This document shows, one piece after another, positions 34,077-43,173 of a stretch of DNA of 64,000 nucleotides. The translations under genes were made by a program, and so were the position numbers. The stretch spans positions 14,298 to 78,297 of the forward strand of contig CAYWEE010000001.1 in assembly GCA_964457295.1 (NCBI GenBank). The letters run 5' to 3'. The notes under the pieces are model-generated. The model did not search any database and had not been told where the DNA came from. It worked only from the letters and a program-made list of their open reading frames with translations. Numbering within the stretch: position 1 is the first letter of the stretch; the number at the start of each line of letters is the position of its first letter. The DNA is from an uncultured Gammaproteobacteria bacterium (GTDB lineage: Bacteria > Patescibacteriota > Patescibacteriia > 2-12-FULL-60-25).

Positions 34077-36221
34077 ATGGAGGCTAAGCGTCGCGCGGTT
34101 CGGCGTAGGGTCTCTCGTGTAGAGCGAGGGTCGTTGTTTTGGCGTACGCATCACTTGTTAGCTGCGTTTTTGTTGTGCGTCAGTGTTGGGATGTTACTGG
34201 CTTCGTTGACCGTTTCGGTGACGCCTCGGGGTGCTCGTGCGTCATCGGCCGAGAATGTTATGGGATGGATTTGGTCTGATGCGGTGGGGTGGATATCCAT
34301 GAATGATCAAAATGTGGGTGCGTGTGGTGCTGGAGGGTGTGGTGTGTATGGAGTGAATGTTGACCCCGCCTCTCGCGAATTGACGGGTTTTGCTTGGTCG
34401 GATGGGGCGGGGTGGATTTGTGTTGGTACGACATGCAGCACCGATCCGTCGTGTGATGGCGTGCCTCCGGATGGGGCCTTGAAGGCGTATTTGGATCAGG
34501 GGATAGGGACGGTAGAGGCGCATGGGTGGGCTAAGGCGTGTAATTTGGGTGACGATGGTTGGATCTCGCTCAATTGCGCAGAAGTTGGAGCCTGCGCGTC
34601 GCTGAATCCGTATTATAAAGTTGTTTTCAATCCGGCGACCGGATATTTCAATGACGTTTCTGTTCCCGGATCCTCATTTGCGTGGAACGGCACAGTGGGT
34701 GGTGTGGGGTATGGCTACATGGATTTTTCTAATGTATTCATCGCTCCGGAGGGAACGGCGACATCTACGCCTGGACAGCCTCAGCCACAATGTCAGGATG
34801 GGGTTGATAATGATTTAAATGGTGTTGATGATTGCTCGGATCCGGCTTGTAGCGCTGATCCGGCGTGCGGAGAGGATCCGAATAATGGAAGCTGTGTTGA
34901 CGGGGTGGATAACAATAATAATGGTGTCATCGATTGCAATGAAGTGAGCTGTTCTGCGGCGGCGAACTGTCAAGAAAATCCAAATAATGGATCGTCGTGC
35001 CAAGATGGCGTAGATAATAATTTGAATGGAACGCAAGATTGTCAGGAGGTGGCTTGCCAGCCGACGCCCGTGTGCGCAGAGACGCCGGTGAATGGATCGT
35101 CGTGCCAAGACGGTATGGATAATAACGGCAATGGTCTCCAGGATTGTCAGGAGGTAGCTTGTCAGGCCTCACCGGTGTGTGTCGAGACGCCTCAAAATGG
35201 TGCCGCGTGTCAGGATGGTATTGATAATGATGGCAATGGTTTTGTCGATTGTCTCGACGCGCTATGTAGCGCTTCTCCGGTATGTGTGTTGGCCGGAGAG
35301 GCGACAGCTGTTGATCCGGTGACGGGGCTTCCGGTCGGTCAGGATGCGGCTTGTTCTGATGGGACTGATAATGATGGGAATGGTTTGGCAGATTGTGCGG
35401 ATCAAAACTGTTTGAATGCACCGATTTGTACACCTGCTTGGTTACAGGCTAAGTTTGGCAACGTGTATGCTCAAGCTGGGATTAGCGGCGTGGCCAAGTC
35501 GCACGCTACGTATTGTTTAACTTCCGATGGAGATATTACCGGCTTTACGAGTAGCAGCACGTGTATTGAGGCGCAGTCAGGTCAAGATATTCACCTGCCA
35601 AATGAAACGACGGGATACCAGGGGAGTTTGGGGCGCATCGATATCGCCGGTATCTTGAGCGGTCGATATGGAGCGGTGGTATCAAATCCTGTTTCTGTTC
35701 CTCCATCACTTGATGGAAAGGTGTATGTCGTTAACGGAGATTATACCCTTGGTGCTACGACCTTTTTGAATCAATCCGGACCTACGGCTCGAGGCAATGG
35801 TCTTTTGGTGGTGCAGGGTAATCTTACCATCGGAGGAAACCTGTCTTACCCATCTAATGTACTGACGCAGTATGTGCGTAACTTGGCATCATTTGGGGTG
35901 ATCGTGATGCGGGATCCACAAACGGGACAAGGGGGGGGTATCTACATCGCTCCTGGGGTGACGCACATTGTTGGGGCATACTTTGCCGAGGATACTCTGC
36001 ATACGGGAACGCTCTGTCCAAGCTCCATGAGCTGCGCGCTTGATCAGCCGTTGACGATTATGGGGTTAGCGGCGGCCCGTCGCTTCTCGTTTGAGCGTGG
36101 GTATCACAATGCCTCGATGGCGGCCGAGACGATCATTAACGATAGTCGCGCGGTCGCGAACCCCCCACCGGGCATGCAAGAAGTTTCACAATCGTTACCT
36201 CGTTCTAAAGACGCATTTTAG
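34077..36221 (+). CDS. Large secreted or membrane-anchored Cys-rich repeat protein (putative pilus-associated adhesin)
   Basis: N-terminal TM, GWIWSDAVGWISMN / GFAWSDGAGWI motifs, six CxDGxDNDxNGxxDC modules, and a C-terminal ~260-aa domain. Confidence 0.8.
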   Translation: MEAKRRAVRRRVSRVERGSLFWRTHHLLAAFLLCVSVGMLLASLTVSVTPRGARASSAENVMGWIWSDAVGWISMNDQNVGACGAGGCGVYGVNVDPASRELTGFAWSDGAGWICVGTTCSTDPSCDGVPPDGALKAYLDQGIGTVEAHGWAKACNLGDDGWISLNCAEVGACASLNPYYKVVFNPATGYFNDVSVPGSSFAWNGTVGGVGYGYMDFSNVFIAPEGTATSTPGQPQPQCQDGVDNDLNGVDDCSDPACSADPACGEDPNNGSCVDGVDNNNNGVIDCNEVSCSAAANCQENPNNGSSCQDGVDNNLNGTQDCQEVACQPTPVCAETPVNGSSCQDGMDNNGNGLQDCQEVACQASPVCVETPQNGAACQDGIDNDGNGFVDCLDALCSASPVCVLAGEATAVDPVTGLPVGQDAACSDGTDNDGNGLADCADQNCLNAPICTPAWLQAKFGNVYAQAGISGVAKSHATYCLTSDGDITGFTSSSTCIEAQSGQDIHLPNETTGYQGSLGRIDIAGILSGRYGAVVSNPVSVPPSLDGKVYVVNGDYTLGATTFLNQSGPTARGNGLLVVQGNLTIGGNLSYPSNVLTQYVRNLASFGVIVMRDPQTGQGGGIYIAPGVTHIVGAYFAEDTLHTGTLCPSSMSCALDQPLTIMGLAAARRFSFERGYHNASMAAETIINDSRAVANPPPGMQEVSQSLPRSKDAF
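34791..35429 (+). repeat. Six tandem ~105-bp coding repeats (Cys-rich, Asp/Asn-rich modules)
   Basis: For example TCGTCGTGCCAAGATGGCGTAGATAATAA at ~34993 recurs at ~35098. Protein modules: CQDGVDNDLNGVDDCSDPAC..., CQDGVDNNLNGTQDCQEVAC..., and so on. Confidence 0.85.
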
Positions 36222-36241
36222 ACGCAACGTCATTCTATACT

Positions 36242-37309
36242 ATGGGATTATTTTCTCGCGGAAACACCAAGCAAAGTTACATCGGTCTTGATATCGGTGC
36301 GGCCGGCATCAAGATGGTTGAGTTATTAAACGAAAAAGGCCGTGCCCGTCTTACGACGTATGCCTATGCCGAGTTACCTGCCAGCTCCATCGAACGAGCA
36401 TTTACCGATGAAGCTCCGCTGGTCGCGAGTTTTATCAAAAAGATGTTGAGCGAGGGAAAGTTTACGACGAAGCATGTGGTCACAGCCCTGCCGATCTCTT
36501 CGGTTTTTTCTTCGATTATCAGCGTCCCGGCGGCCAATGAAAAGGAATTAAAAGAAGCGGTGCAATGGCAGGCAAAGAAACTGATCCCGGTGCCGCTCGA
36601 AGAGATTTCGTTGGATTCCAAGACGATCGATTCTGGGTCGGGAGAGGGAGGAAAAAAAGTGACGCGTGTTTTGTTGACCGGAGCGCCAAAGAATTTGGTG
36701 ACTCGTTATATCGATCTCATGAAAGCCGTGGGTCTGGATTTAATCTCTCTCGAGACTGAGGCCTTTGCGCAAATTCGCGCTCTCATCGGTAAGGACCGTT
36801 CGAGTATTATGGTCATTGATATTGGCTCGATGCGTACCAATATTTCGGTGATTGAACGGGGGATTCCGTTTTTGAATCGCTCCATCGCTACCGGCGGAAC
36901 GGCGATTACGCAGATGATTTCTAAAACGCTTGGTATTACACCCGAGCAGGCAGAGGTGATGAAGCGTGATATTCGCTCGATGCAAACGTTTGCTGCCGCC
37001 GGAGATTTGTCACCTATTTTGACGACACTTCTCAAACCGATTTTGGACGAAATTCGTTATTCATTTAATTTGTATCAAGGACAAACGGATGAGGGGCAAC
37101 CCAAACGTATCGATAAAATTATTTTGACCGGTGGCGCAGCGCTCTTGCCACACTTACCAGAATTTTTAACGTCATTGATGAATGTGAATACGTATCTAGG
37201 TGATCCTTGGGCGCGCGTAGTGTATCCTGTTGATCTGCGGCCCATCCTGGATGAAATTGGTCCGCGCTTTTCTGTCGCCATCGGCTGCGCCATGCGTGAT
37301 ATAGAGTAA
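36242..37309 (+). CDS. pilM: Type IV pilus assembly protein PilM (actin-like ATPase fold)
   Basis: IGLDIGAAGIKMVEL..., VIDIGSMRTNISV and LTGGAALLP motifs. Confidence 0.85.
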   Translation: MGLFSRGNTKQSYIGLDIGAAGIKMVELLNEKGRARLTTYAYAELPASSIERAFTDEAPLVASFIKKMLSEGKFTTKHVVTALPISSVFSSIISVPAANEKELKEAVQWQAKKLIPVPLEEISLDSKTIDSGSGEGGKKVTRVLLTGAPKNLVTRYIDLMKAVGLDLISLETEAFAQIRALIGKDRSSIMVIDIGSMRTNISVIERGIPFLNRSIATGGTAITQMISKTLGITPEQAEVMKRDIRSMQTFAAAGDLSPILTTLLKPILDEIRYSFNLYQGQTDEGQPKRIDKIILTGGAALLPHLPEFLTSLMNVNTYLGDPWARVVYPVDLRPILDEIGPRFSVAIGCAMRDIE

Positions 37310-37317
37310 TCTTTCCC

Positions 37318-38364
37318 ATGTCCCAAGACATCTCCCTTCTTCCTGAGGAACTTCGACAGCGCGAAGAAGGGTTTCGATCGTCTTCTGAGCAAACGAAAGA
37401 GTCTCCTTCTACGGAGATTAAGTTTTCTGTTCCCGCCGAAGATCAGGATGACATGGAGGTGATCGAGATTGATGAGGGAGAAGTTGATCAGGTGTTGGCC
37501 GGAGAACCGTGGCCAAGTAAAATTTTTTATCGCTTAACGTCTTGGGTTGCCGATGCAAAGCATGCTTTGCTTGATCCACACCCATCACTACCTCCGCCAA
37601 AAACGCCTCCCCAGTTTTTTACCCCTCCAACGCAAAAAACATCACCTTCTTCACCTCCGCCTTCCGCTGACGGCTTACCTGCTACCTCCTCTTCTTCTGT
37701 AAAGTCCAAGAAGGCGACCGTTACACCATTCGCGAGTGCGCCAAAGCGTATCCGCGTTGTTAAACGTATTCGTAAGCCTGTGCATGTGAGTTTTGTCTCT
37801 GATGCCGAGATGCAGTTTTCGCGTATTGATATCGGCAAGCGTCGCTTTACCCTGGTGTTTTTGATGATCTTTTTTGTGTGTGCATTGGGTGTTTCGGCGT
37901 ATGCGCTTAATATTCAACGCGTTGCGGCGCATGAGGCGTTAACGAAGGCCGATGCACAATTTGCTGATGTCACCGGACAAATTCAGGCCAAGCAATCGCG
38001 TTGGTCGGCATTTCAGGATTTAGAGCCTCGCTTAAAGGCATTGAACAGTTTGCTTGATACGCATGTCTCACCCAATCGGTTGTTTCAAGAGATCGAGGCG
38101 CATACGTTGCCGACTGTCTTTTATGGATCGTTAAGTTTAACACCGGATAAGCGGGTGACATTGGCAACGTCTGCGGATTCGTTGTCGTCGGCTGCGGCAC
38201 AGATCGCTACATTTGAGACGGCGTCGTTTGTCAAAAAGGTCGAAGTCTCTGGGTACTCTCTCAAATATGATCCGCCTGATGCGCCAGCGCCGGCACGTGT
38301 TGATTTTCAAATCATCTTGACGCTTGCCGATGAGGCGTTGCGACGTTTGGATGAAACCCCATAG
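37318..38364 (+). CDS. pilN: PilN-like pilus assembly protein with a long Pro/Ser-rich insertion
   Basis: The N-terminal DISLLPEEL resembles the PilM-binding INLLP motif. A single TM at residues ~195-215 precedes a periplasmic-type domain. Confidence 0.6.
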   Translation: MSQDISLLPEELRQREEGFRSSSEQTKESPSTEIKFSVPAEDQDDMEVIEIDEGEVDQVLAGEPWPSKIFYRLTSWVADAKHALLDPHPSLPPPKTPPQFFTPPTQKTSPSSPPPSADGLPATSSSSVKSKKATVTPFASAPKRIRVVKRIRKPVHVSFVSDAEMQFSRIDIGKRRFTLVFLMIFFVCALGVSAYALNIQRVAAHEALTKADAQFADVTGQIQAKQSRWSAFQDLEPRLKALNSLLDTHVSPNRLFQEIEAHTLPTVFYGSLSLTPDKRVTLATSADSLSSAAAQIATFETASFVKKVEVSGYSLKYDPPDAPAPARVDFQIILTLADEALRRLDETP

Positions 38365-38365
38365 T

Positions 38366-39016
38366 ATGTCCTCCCTTGCTCCACTTTCGCCTCCTGCCCC
38401 TAATGCATTTTCTTCCGAGCGGTCTTCGCGTATCTTTACCGAATATTACGCGGCGTTGATGTTGTTTGTGATTGCGGGGTTTGTGGCTGGTGCGGTTTTG
38501 GTGCTGCGTCCATTATTACTGGATATCAAAGAGACAAACGCATCCACCGAAGCGCGTTTACAGGCAATTGATATGGAGCGAGCGTATTTGGCGAGCCTTG
38601 AACAATCGGTGGCCGCGGCAGAGGCGATTCCGTCGGATGCTCTAGAAAACGTGGTTCGTGCATTACCGAATGAGAGCAATACTCCATTGCTTTTGGTGCA
38701 GTTTGAGGCGGCCGCGGCACGTCACGGCATACGTATCGATACCGTTAATTTTACTGAATCAAAACCGACCAATGCCAAGGCGGCCGCCGCAGCCTCGCCG
38801 ATCCAGCCTGTCGAGGTTAATGTCGTTATTCGCGCGAAAAGTTATTTTGATGTTAAGCGTTTTTTGGCTGACGTCGAGGGCAGCTTGCGTCTTATGGATG
38901 TGATCGGCATGACCGCTACTTCTGGTACGGGTGAATTGCGCTTTTTAATACAGCTGCGTACGTATACATTTGTTCCGGTAGCATCTCGTCTACCGGCAAC
39001 ATCGACACGTCCATGA
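38366..39016 (+). CDS. pilO: PilO-like pilus assembly protein
   Basis: TM plus coiled coil plus a ferredoxin-like C-terminus, positioned after pilN. ATG at 38366. Confidence 0.5.
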   Translation: MSSLAPLSPPAPNAFSSERSSRIFTEYYAALMLFVIAGFVAGAVLVLRPLLLDIKETNASTEARLQAIDMERAYLASLEQSVAAAEAIPSDALENVVRALPNESNTPLLLVQFEAAAARHGIRIDTVNFTESKPTNAKAAAAASPIQPVEVNVVIRAKSYFDVKRFLADVEGSLRLMDVIGMTATSGTGELRFLIQLRTYTFVPVASRLPATSTRP

Positions 39017-39348
39017 AGATCTCTCCTTGGCGCTCTACGTTATTTTCTCGAATCCTCTTGATCGTGGGTGGGCTGTTGGCTGTTTTGTCGGTATATTGGT
39101 TGGTGCAGGTTAGCTTGGCTCCTGTGTCGGTGCCTCCGGCGCCAGGCGCTCGTGGCGTTATCCGTTTTGATCCAAAGCTGGATGTCTCAAAGAATGAATT
39201 GTTTTTTCGCTTACGAAGTTTAGGGCCTCAAGACGTTTCGATACCATCACTGGGCCGGGCTAATCCGTTTCTTCCTATTGTGCAGGTCCAATTACCTCCT
39301 GTTGGTGTTTCAAGCTCTACAGCAACTACCGGCACGAGTGCCCCATGA
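39013..39348 (+). CDS. Small membrane-anchored pilus-locus protein (PilP-position)
   Basis: ATGA overlaps on both sides. One TM. Confidence 0.5.
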   Translation: MKISPWRSTLFSRILLIVGGLLAVLSVYWLVQVSLAPVSVPPAPGARGVIRFDPKLDVSKNELFFRLRSLGPQDVSIPSLGRANPFLPIVQVQLPPVGVSSSTATTGTSAP

Positions 39349-41087
39349 GTATGGACGAGCAATTAATCGCTGCGCTGCAGGCTAAGGGCCTGTTGACCGA
39401 AACGACCACACAGATCGTGCGTGATCTTGTTGCACAAGGAAAAACGCTGGATCAGGCGGTGGTGAGTGGAAAGTATGCTACGGATCAAGATATGGCCAAG
39501 ATTCGGGCCGAAGTTTTGGGCCTTCCATATATTGATTTGACCGAACGTGTTATCCCAAAAGAAACGTTGGATATCTTGCCACTCGAAACCATGGAGACGT
39601 ATCAGGCGGTACCCACCTCATTTGATGGTACGACGCTTGAGGTGGCATTACTGGATCCGAAGGACTATCACGCCACCGAGGCGTTGGAATTTTTAGCGCA
39701 AGAGCGGGGATGGAAGATTTCGTACGTTGTGGCCCCGCAAGTTCAGATCCAGAGTTTACTAAAAAAGGTCCGAGGATTGGGGACAGAGGTTGCGACAGCC
39801 TTAGCTCAAGCCAAGGGAAAATTTGAACGTGTAGGTGAAAAATCCGAAGACATTGGGCAGTTAGAAAATGTCATCAAAGGGGCTCCGGTTTCGCGTATGG
39901 TCGCGATTATCATGCGCCATGCCGTTGAGGGAGGGGCGTCGGATATTCACATTGAGCCGATCGCAGGGGAGTCTCGGGTGCGCTATCGCATCGATGGTGT
40001 TTTACGCACGTCGCTGACGTTGCCGCTTTCCGTTCATCCCGCCATTATTTCTCGTATCAAGGTTTTGGCGAACATGAAGATTGACGAGGTGCGCGTTCCG
40101 CAAGATGGGCGCATCACGCAAGAAATTTCGGGTAAGAAAATTGACTTTCGTGTTTCAACCTTGCCGGTGCTGGATCAAGAGAAGGTTGTTATGCGCGTCC
40201 TCGACACCTCTGTTGGTGCGCCGACGCTTGAGCAACTTGGGTATCGTCCGGAGCACGTAAAAATGGTGGCTGAGCATATCAAGCGCCCATACGGCATGTT
40301 CCTTGTCACTGGGCCTACGGGATCGGGAAAATCCACTACGCTGTTTGCGATATTGAGTATGTTGAACGCCGATGGTGTAAACATCTCGACCCTCGAAGAT
40401 CCAGTTGAATATTACATTCCCGGTGTCAATCAATCCCAGATCCATCCTGAGATCAACTATACCTTTGCCACGGGGCTTCGCGCGTTGTTGCGTCAGGACC
40501 CGAACGTGATCATGGTGGGAGAAATTCGTGATCGTGAAACTGCGGAGCTGGGTATTCATGCCTCGCTTACCGGTCACCTCATGTTCTCGACCGTGCATAC
40601 GAACGACGTATTTGGTCTCGTCCCGCGTCTGGTCGATATTGGAGTCGAACCGTTTTTGATTGCGGCGACGTTAAATCTGGCGATCGCACAGCGTTTGGCA
40701 CGGAAGATTTGCGATGGCTGTAAAGAACCGCAAGAGATTGCGCCCGAGGTGGTCGAAAAGCTCCGTGAAAGTTTGCGTCACATACCTAAAAAATATCTTG
40801 CGCCGAGTATGGATTTAGAGGGTCCGTTGGTTTTCTTTCATGGTAAGGGCTGTGCCAAATGTGGAGGGAGCGGCTATCGAGGTCGGATCGCTATTGCCGA
40901 GATGTTTGAATTTACCGAGCATGTCCGCACGGCCATCGAGAAAGGTTTTTCTACCGAAAAAGCGCACGAAGAATTTACACGCCAAGAAGGCCTCATGATG
41001 CGCGATGATGCGCTGTTAAAGGCATTAGCTGGGCAGACAACCGTCGAAGAGGTGTTTCGACTGAGTCAGAGTGCAGAGGAGGGGTAA
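39345..41087 (+). CDS. pilB: Type IV pilus extension ATPase PilB (GspE family)
   Basis: T2SSE N-domain, Walker A GPTGSGKSTTL, GEIRD, and the tetracysteine CDGC...CAKCGGSGYRGR. Confidence 0.92.
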   Translation: MSMDEQLIAALQAKGLLTETTTQIVRDLVAQGKTLDQAVVSGKYATDQDMAKIRAEVLGLPYIDLTERVIPKETLDILPLETMETYQAVPTSFDGTTLEVALLDPKDYHATEALEFLAQERGWKISYVVAPQVQIQSLLKKVRGLGTEVATALAQAKGKFERVGEKSEDIGQLENVIKGAPVSRMVAIIMRHAVEGGASDIHIEPIAGESRVRYRIDGVLRTSLTLPLSVHPAIISRIKVLANMKIDEVRVPQDGRITQEISGKKIDFRVSTLPVLDQEKVVMRVLDTSVGAPTLEQLGYRPEHVKMVAEHIKRPYGMFLVTGPTGSGKSTTLFAILSMLNADGVNISTLEDPVEYYIPGVNQSQIHPEINYTFATGLRALLRQDPNVIMVGEIRDRETAELGIHASLTGHLMFSTVHTNDVFGLVPRLVDIGVEPFLIAATLNLAIAQRLARKICDGCKEPQEIAPEVVEKLRESLRHIPKKYLAPSMDLEGPLVFFHGKGCAKCGGSGYRGRIAIAEMFEFTEHVRTAIEKGFSTEKAHEEFTRQEGLMMRDDALLKALAGQTTVEEVFRLSQSAEEG

Positions 41088-41158
41088 GGTTGCTAAAAAA
41101 GCCAGAAACTGCTAAGGTTCCGCGTTCGCCTTCTGATAATGAACGAAAGGAGGGGGCG

Positions 41159-41476
41159 ATGCGAGATTCTTGGATACTGCTTTCTGACGGTTATCATTTG
41201 CTATTGACGACGGTCCTGTTGGCGATAGCGGCTTTTCTTTGCGGGGTAGCGGTACGTGACTCCCTGAAGGACCGCCAGGCCGTTTTTGGTTTGTACCTAG
41301 CTGCCCATGAAAGTTTTCGTGCTGGTGGCGCTCCGGAGCGGTTTCTCGCAGCGTGGCGGCGACTCCGTCGTGCTCGTTGTGTGAATACTCTTTGGCTTGT
41401 CGTGTTCGTGATCATGCTTATCCTGCTTTTCTGTACAGCAGCGATAGGGGCGCTGTACATTTGGCTGTATTTCTGA
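41159..41476 (+). CDS. Hypothetical 2-TM membrane protein
   Basis: SD AAGGAGGGGG precedes the ATG at 41159 (tracked TTG at 41090). Confidence 0.5.
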   Translation: MRDSWILLSDGYHLLLTTVLLAIAAFLCGVAVRDSLKDRQAVFGLYLAAHESFRAGGAPERFLAAWRRLRRARCVNTLWLVVFVIMLILLFCTAAIGALYIWLYF

Positions 41477-41483
41477 CTTGCTT

Positions 41484-41538
41484 GGCTCCGTAGGAACCGT
41501 GCCGTCTTCTGACGGGCACGGATCTTTCCTACGGAGCC
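41484..41538. terminator. 55-nt composite hairpin (13 bp + 10 bp)
   Basis: GGCTCCGTAGGAA-CCGTGCCGTC-TTCT-GACGGGCACGG-ATCT-TTCCTACGGAGCC, followed by TTGTGCGTTTTT. Confidence 0.6.
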
Positions 41539-41571
41539 TTGTGCGTTTTTATGTGCTATCCTATCAACGAT

Positions 41572-41955
41572 ATGTCCAAGCTTCGTATTTTATTGGTTGA
41601 GGATGACGGGTTTTTGGCCAGCATTTACGCTCAAAAATTGGAGATTGAGGGATTTGAGGTGGCTTTTGCGACAAATGGTGAGGATGGGTTGCGGTTAGCG
41701 CATAAGGATCCGGCGCCGGATTTGATTTTGCTAGATCTCTTAATGCCCAAGATGGATGGGTTTGAGCTTTTAGAAAAATTAAAAGGGGATGAAAAAACCA
41801 AAGCAGTGCCTGTCTTGATCCTGACTAATCTTGGACAAAAAGAAGATGTGGATCGCTGTATGAAGTTGGGAGCGGTGGGATATATTATCAAGGCGCATGC
41901 GTTGCCACAGGAGACGGTAAAGCGCATCAAAGAAATATTGCATGTCGGCGTTTAA
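41572..41955 (+). CDS. Stand-alone CheY-like response-regulator receiver
   Basis: ILLVEDDGF...PDLILLDLLMPKMDGFELL...LTNLGQ...K. No output domain. Confidence 0.85.
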   Translation: MSKLRILLVEDDGFLASIYAQKLEIEGFEVAFATNGEDGLRLAHKDPAPDLILLDLLMPKMDGFELLEKLKGDEKTKAVPVLILTNLGQKEDVDRCMKLGAVGYIIKAHALPQETVKRIKEILHVGV

Positions 41956-43150
41956 ATATCGCGTTCGCACGGCGAGCGGTGAAGTGCAGGCTGGGGTGAT
42001 TCAGGCTGAGAGTATGGAGTTGGCCGAAGAGGCCCTACGTGAACGCGGCATGACGCCGATGTTGCTTGAGCCGTATCGGGGAATCGCCTCGGGTGGTGGT
42101 TCGTTTACCATTTTGCATCGCATCAGCTCTAAAGAGGTCGTGGGTATTTCTCGCGCCTTGTCGGTGATGGTTTCGGCCTCGGTGCCGATTACGGAAGCGC
42201 TGCACAATATGGCGCGACAGGCCGATAATCCGCGTTTGCGTTTTATTTTGTTGGATATCGCCTCTGAGGTTGAGGGTGGCGGACGCTTGTCGGATGCGAT
42301 TGAGCGGCATGTACAGGTTTTTGGTGCGTTTTTCGTGAACATGATTCGATCCGGCGAAACCTCGGGTCAGCTTTCCGAGGTTTTGGAATATCTCGCTGAT
42401 CAGCAAGAGAAGGATTACGATCTCAAATCAAAAATTCGCGGCGCCATGATCTATCCCGCTTTTATTATGGGATCTATGGTGATCGTGGGGTTTGTCATGA
42501 TGGCGTTTGTCGTGCCCAAGCTGTTATCTGTTTTACGCGAGGCGAATGTAGCGCTGCCTCTGCCGACACGAATGTTGATTGCGGTTTCGGGTTTCTTTGC
42601 CAATTTTTGGTGGTTGATTCTTATCTTGGTTGCGATTTTTGCGATCGCCTTTCGCGTATTCATGACTACGCCGTTGGGTAAATACGTGATCGATCTTGTC
42701 TTGCTTCGTTTGCCGATTTTTGGGCGGTTGTTTCAAGGGATGTACGTCGTGCGCTTTACCCGTTCGCTTTCAACGCTTGTCAAAGGTGGGGTGGACACGG
42801 TAGGGGCTTTGACGATTGTGGCCGAAGTGGTGGGAAATGAGGTTTGGAAGCGCATGATTCAAGAAACGATCCGCGAGGTTAATGATGGGAACTCGTTGAC
42901 CACGGTGTTTGAGCGTTCGCCGTTTGTGCCCTCGATGATGAATCAGATGCTGGCAGTGGGGGAGCATACTGGACGAACGCAGGAGATTTTGCAGCGTGTG
43001 AGCGCGTTTTATAGTCGCGAGATTGACAATGTGGTGGCTAATTTGGTGGCTTTGATTGAGCCGATTGTGTTGCTTTTGTTAGGTGCAGGTGTGGGGATTT
43101 TGGTTTCGGCGATTTTATTGCCATTGTATTCACTGTCTACTGGGGTTTAG
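41942..43150 (+). CDS. pilC: Type IV pilus platform protein PilC (GspF family)
   Basis: Two GspF repeats. 402 aa, 3 TM. Confidence 0.9.
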   Translation: MSAFKYRVRTASGEVQAGVIQAESMELAEEALRERGMTPMLLEPYRGIASGGGSFTILHRISSKEVVGISRALSVMVSASVPITEALHNMARQADNPRLRFILLDIASEVEGGGRLSDAIERHVQVFGAFFVNMIRSGETSGQLSEVLEYLADQQEKDYDLKSKIRGAMIYPAFIMGSMVIVGFVMMAFVVPKLLSVLREANVALPLPTRMLIAVSGFFANFWWLILILVAIFAIAFRVFMTTPLGKYVIDLVLLRLPIFGRLFQGMYVVRFTRSLSTLVKGGVDTVGALTIVAEVVGNEVWKRMIQETIREVNDGNSLTTVFERSPFVPSMMNQMLAVGEHTGRTQEILQRVSAFYSREIDNVVANLVALIEPIVLLLLGAGVGILVSAILLPLYSLSTGV

Positions 43151-43173
43151 AGCAGGGGATAAATTCCTTGTGG

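Noticed and set aside
34791-35429. The regular ~105-bp periodic repeats were considered as a possible CRISPR or other non-coding array.
   Set aside because: The repeats are in frame inside one long ORF, encode a coherent Cys-rich protein module, and have no unique spacers or cas genes.
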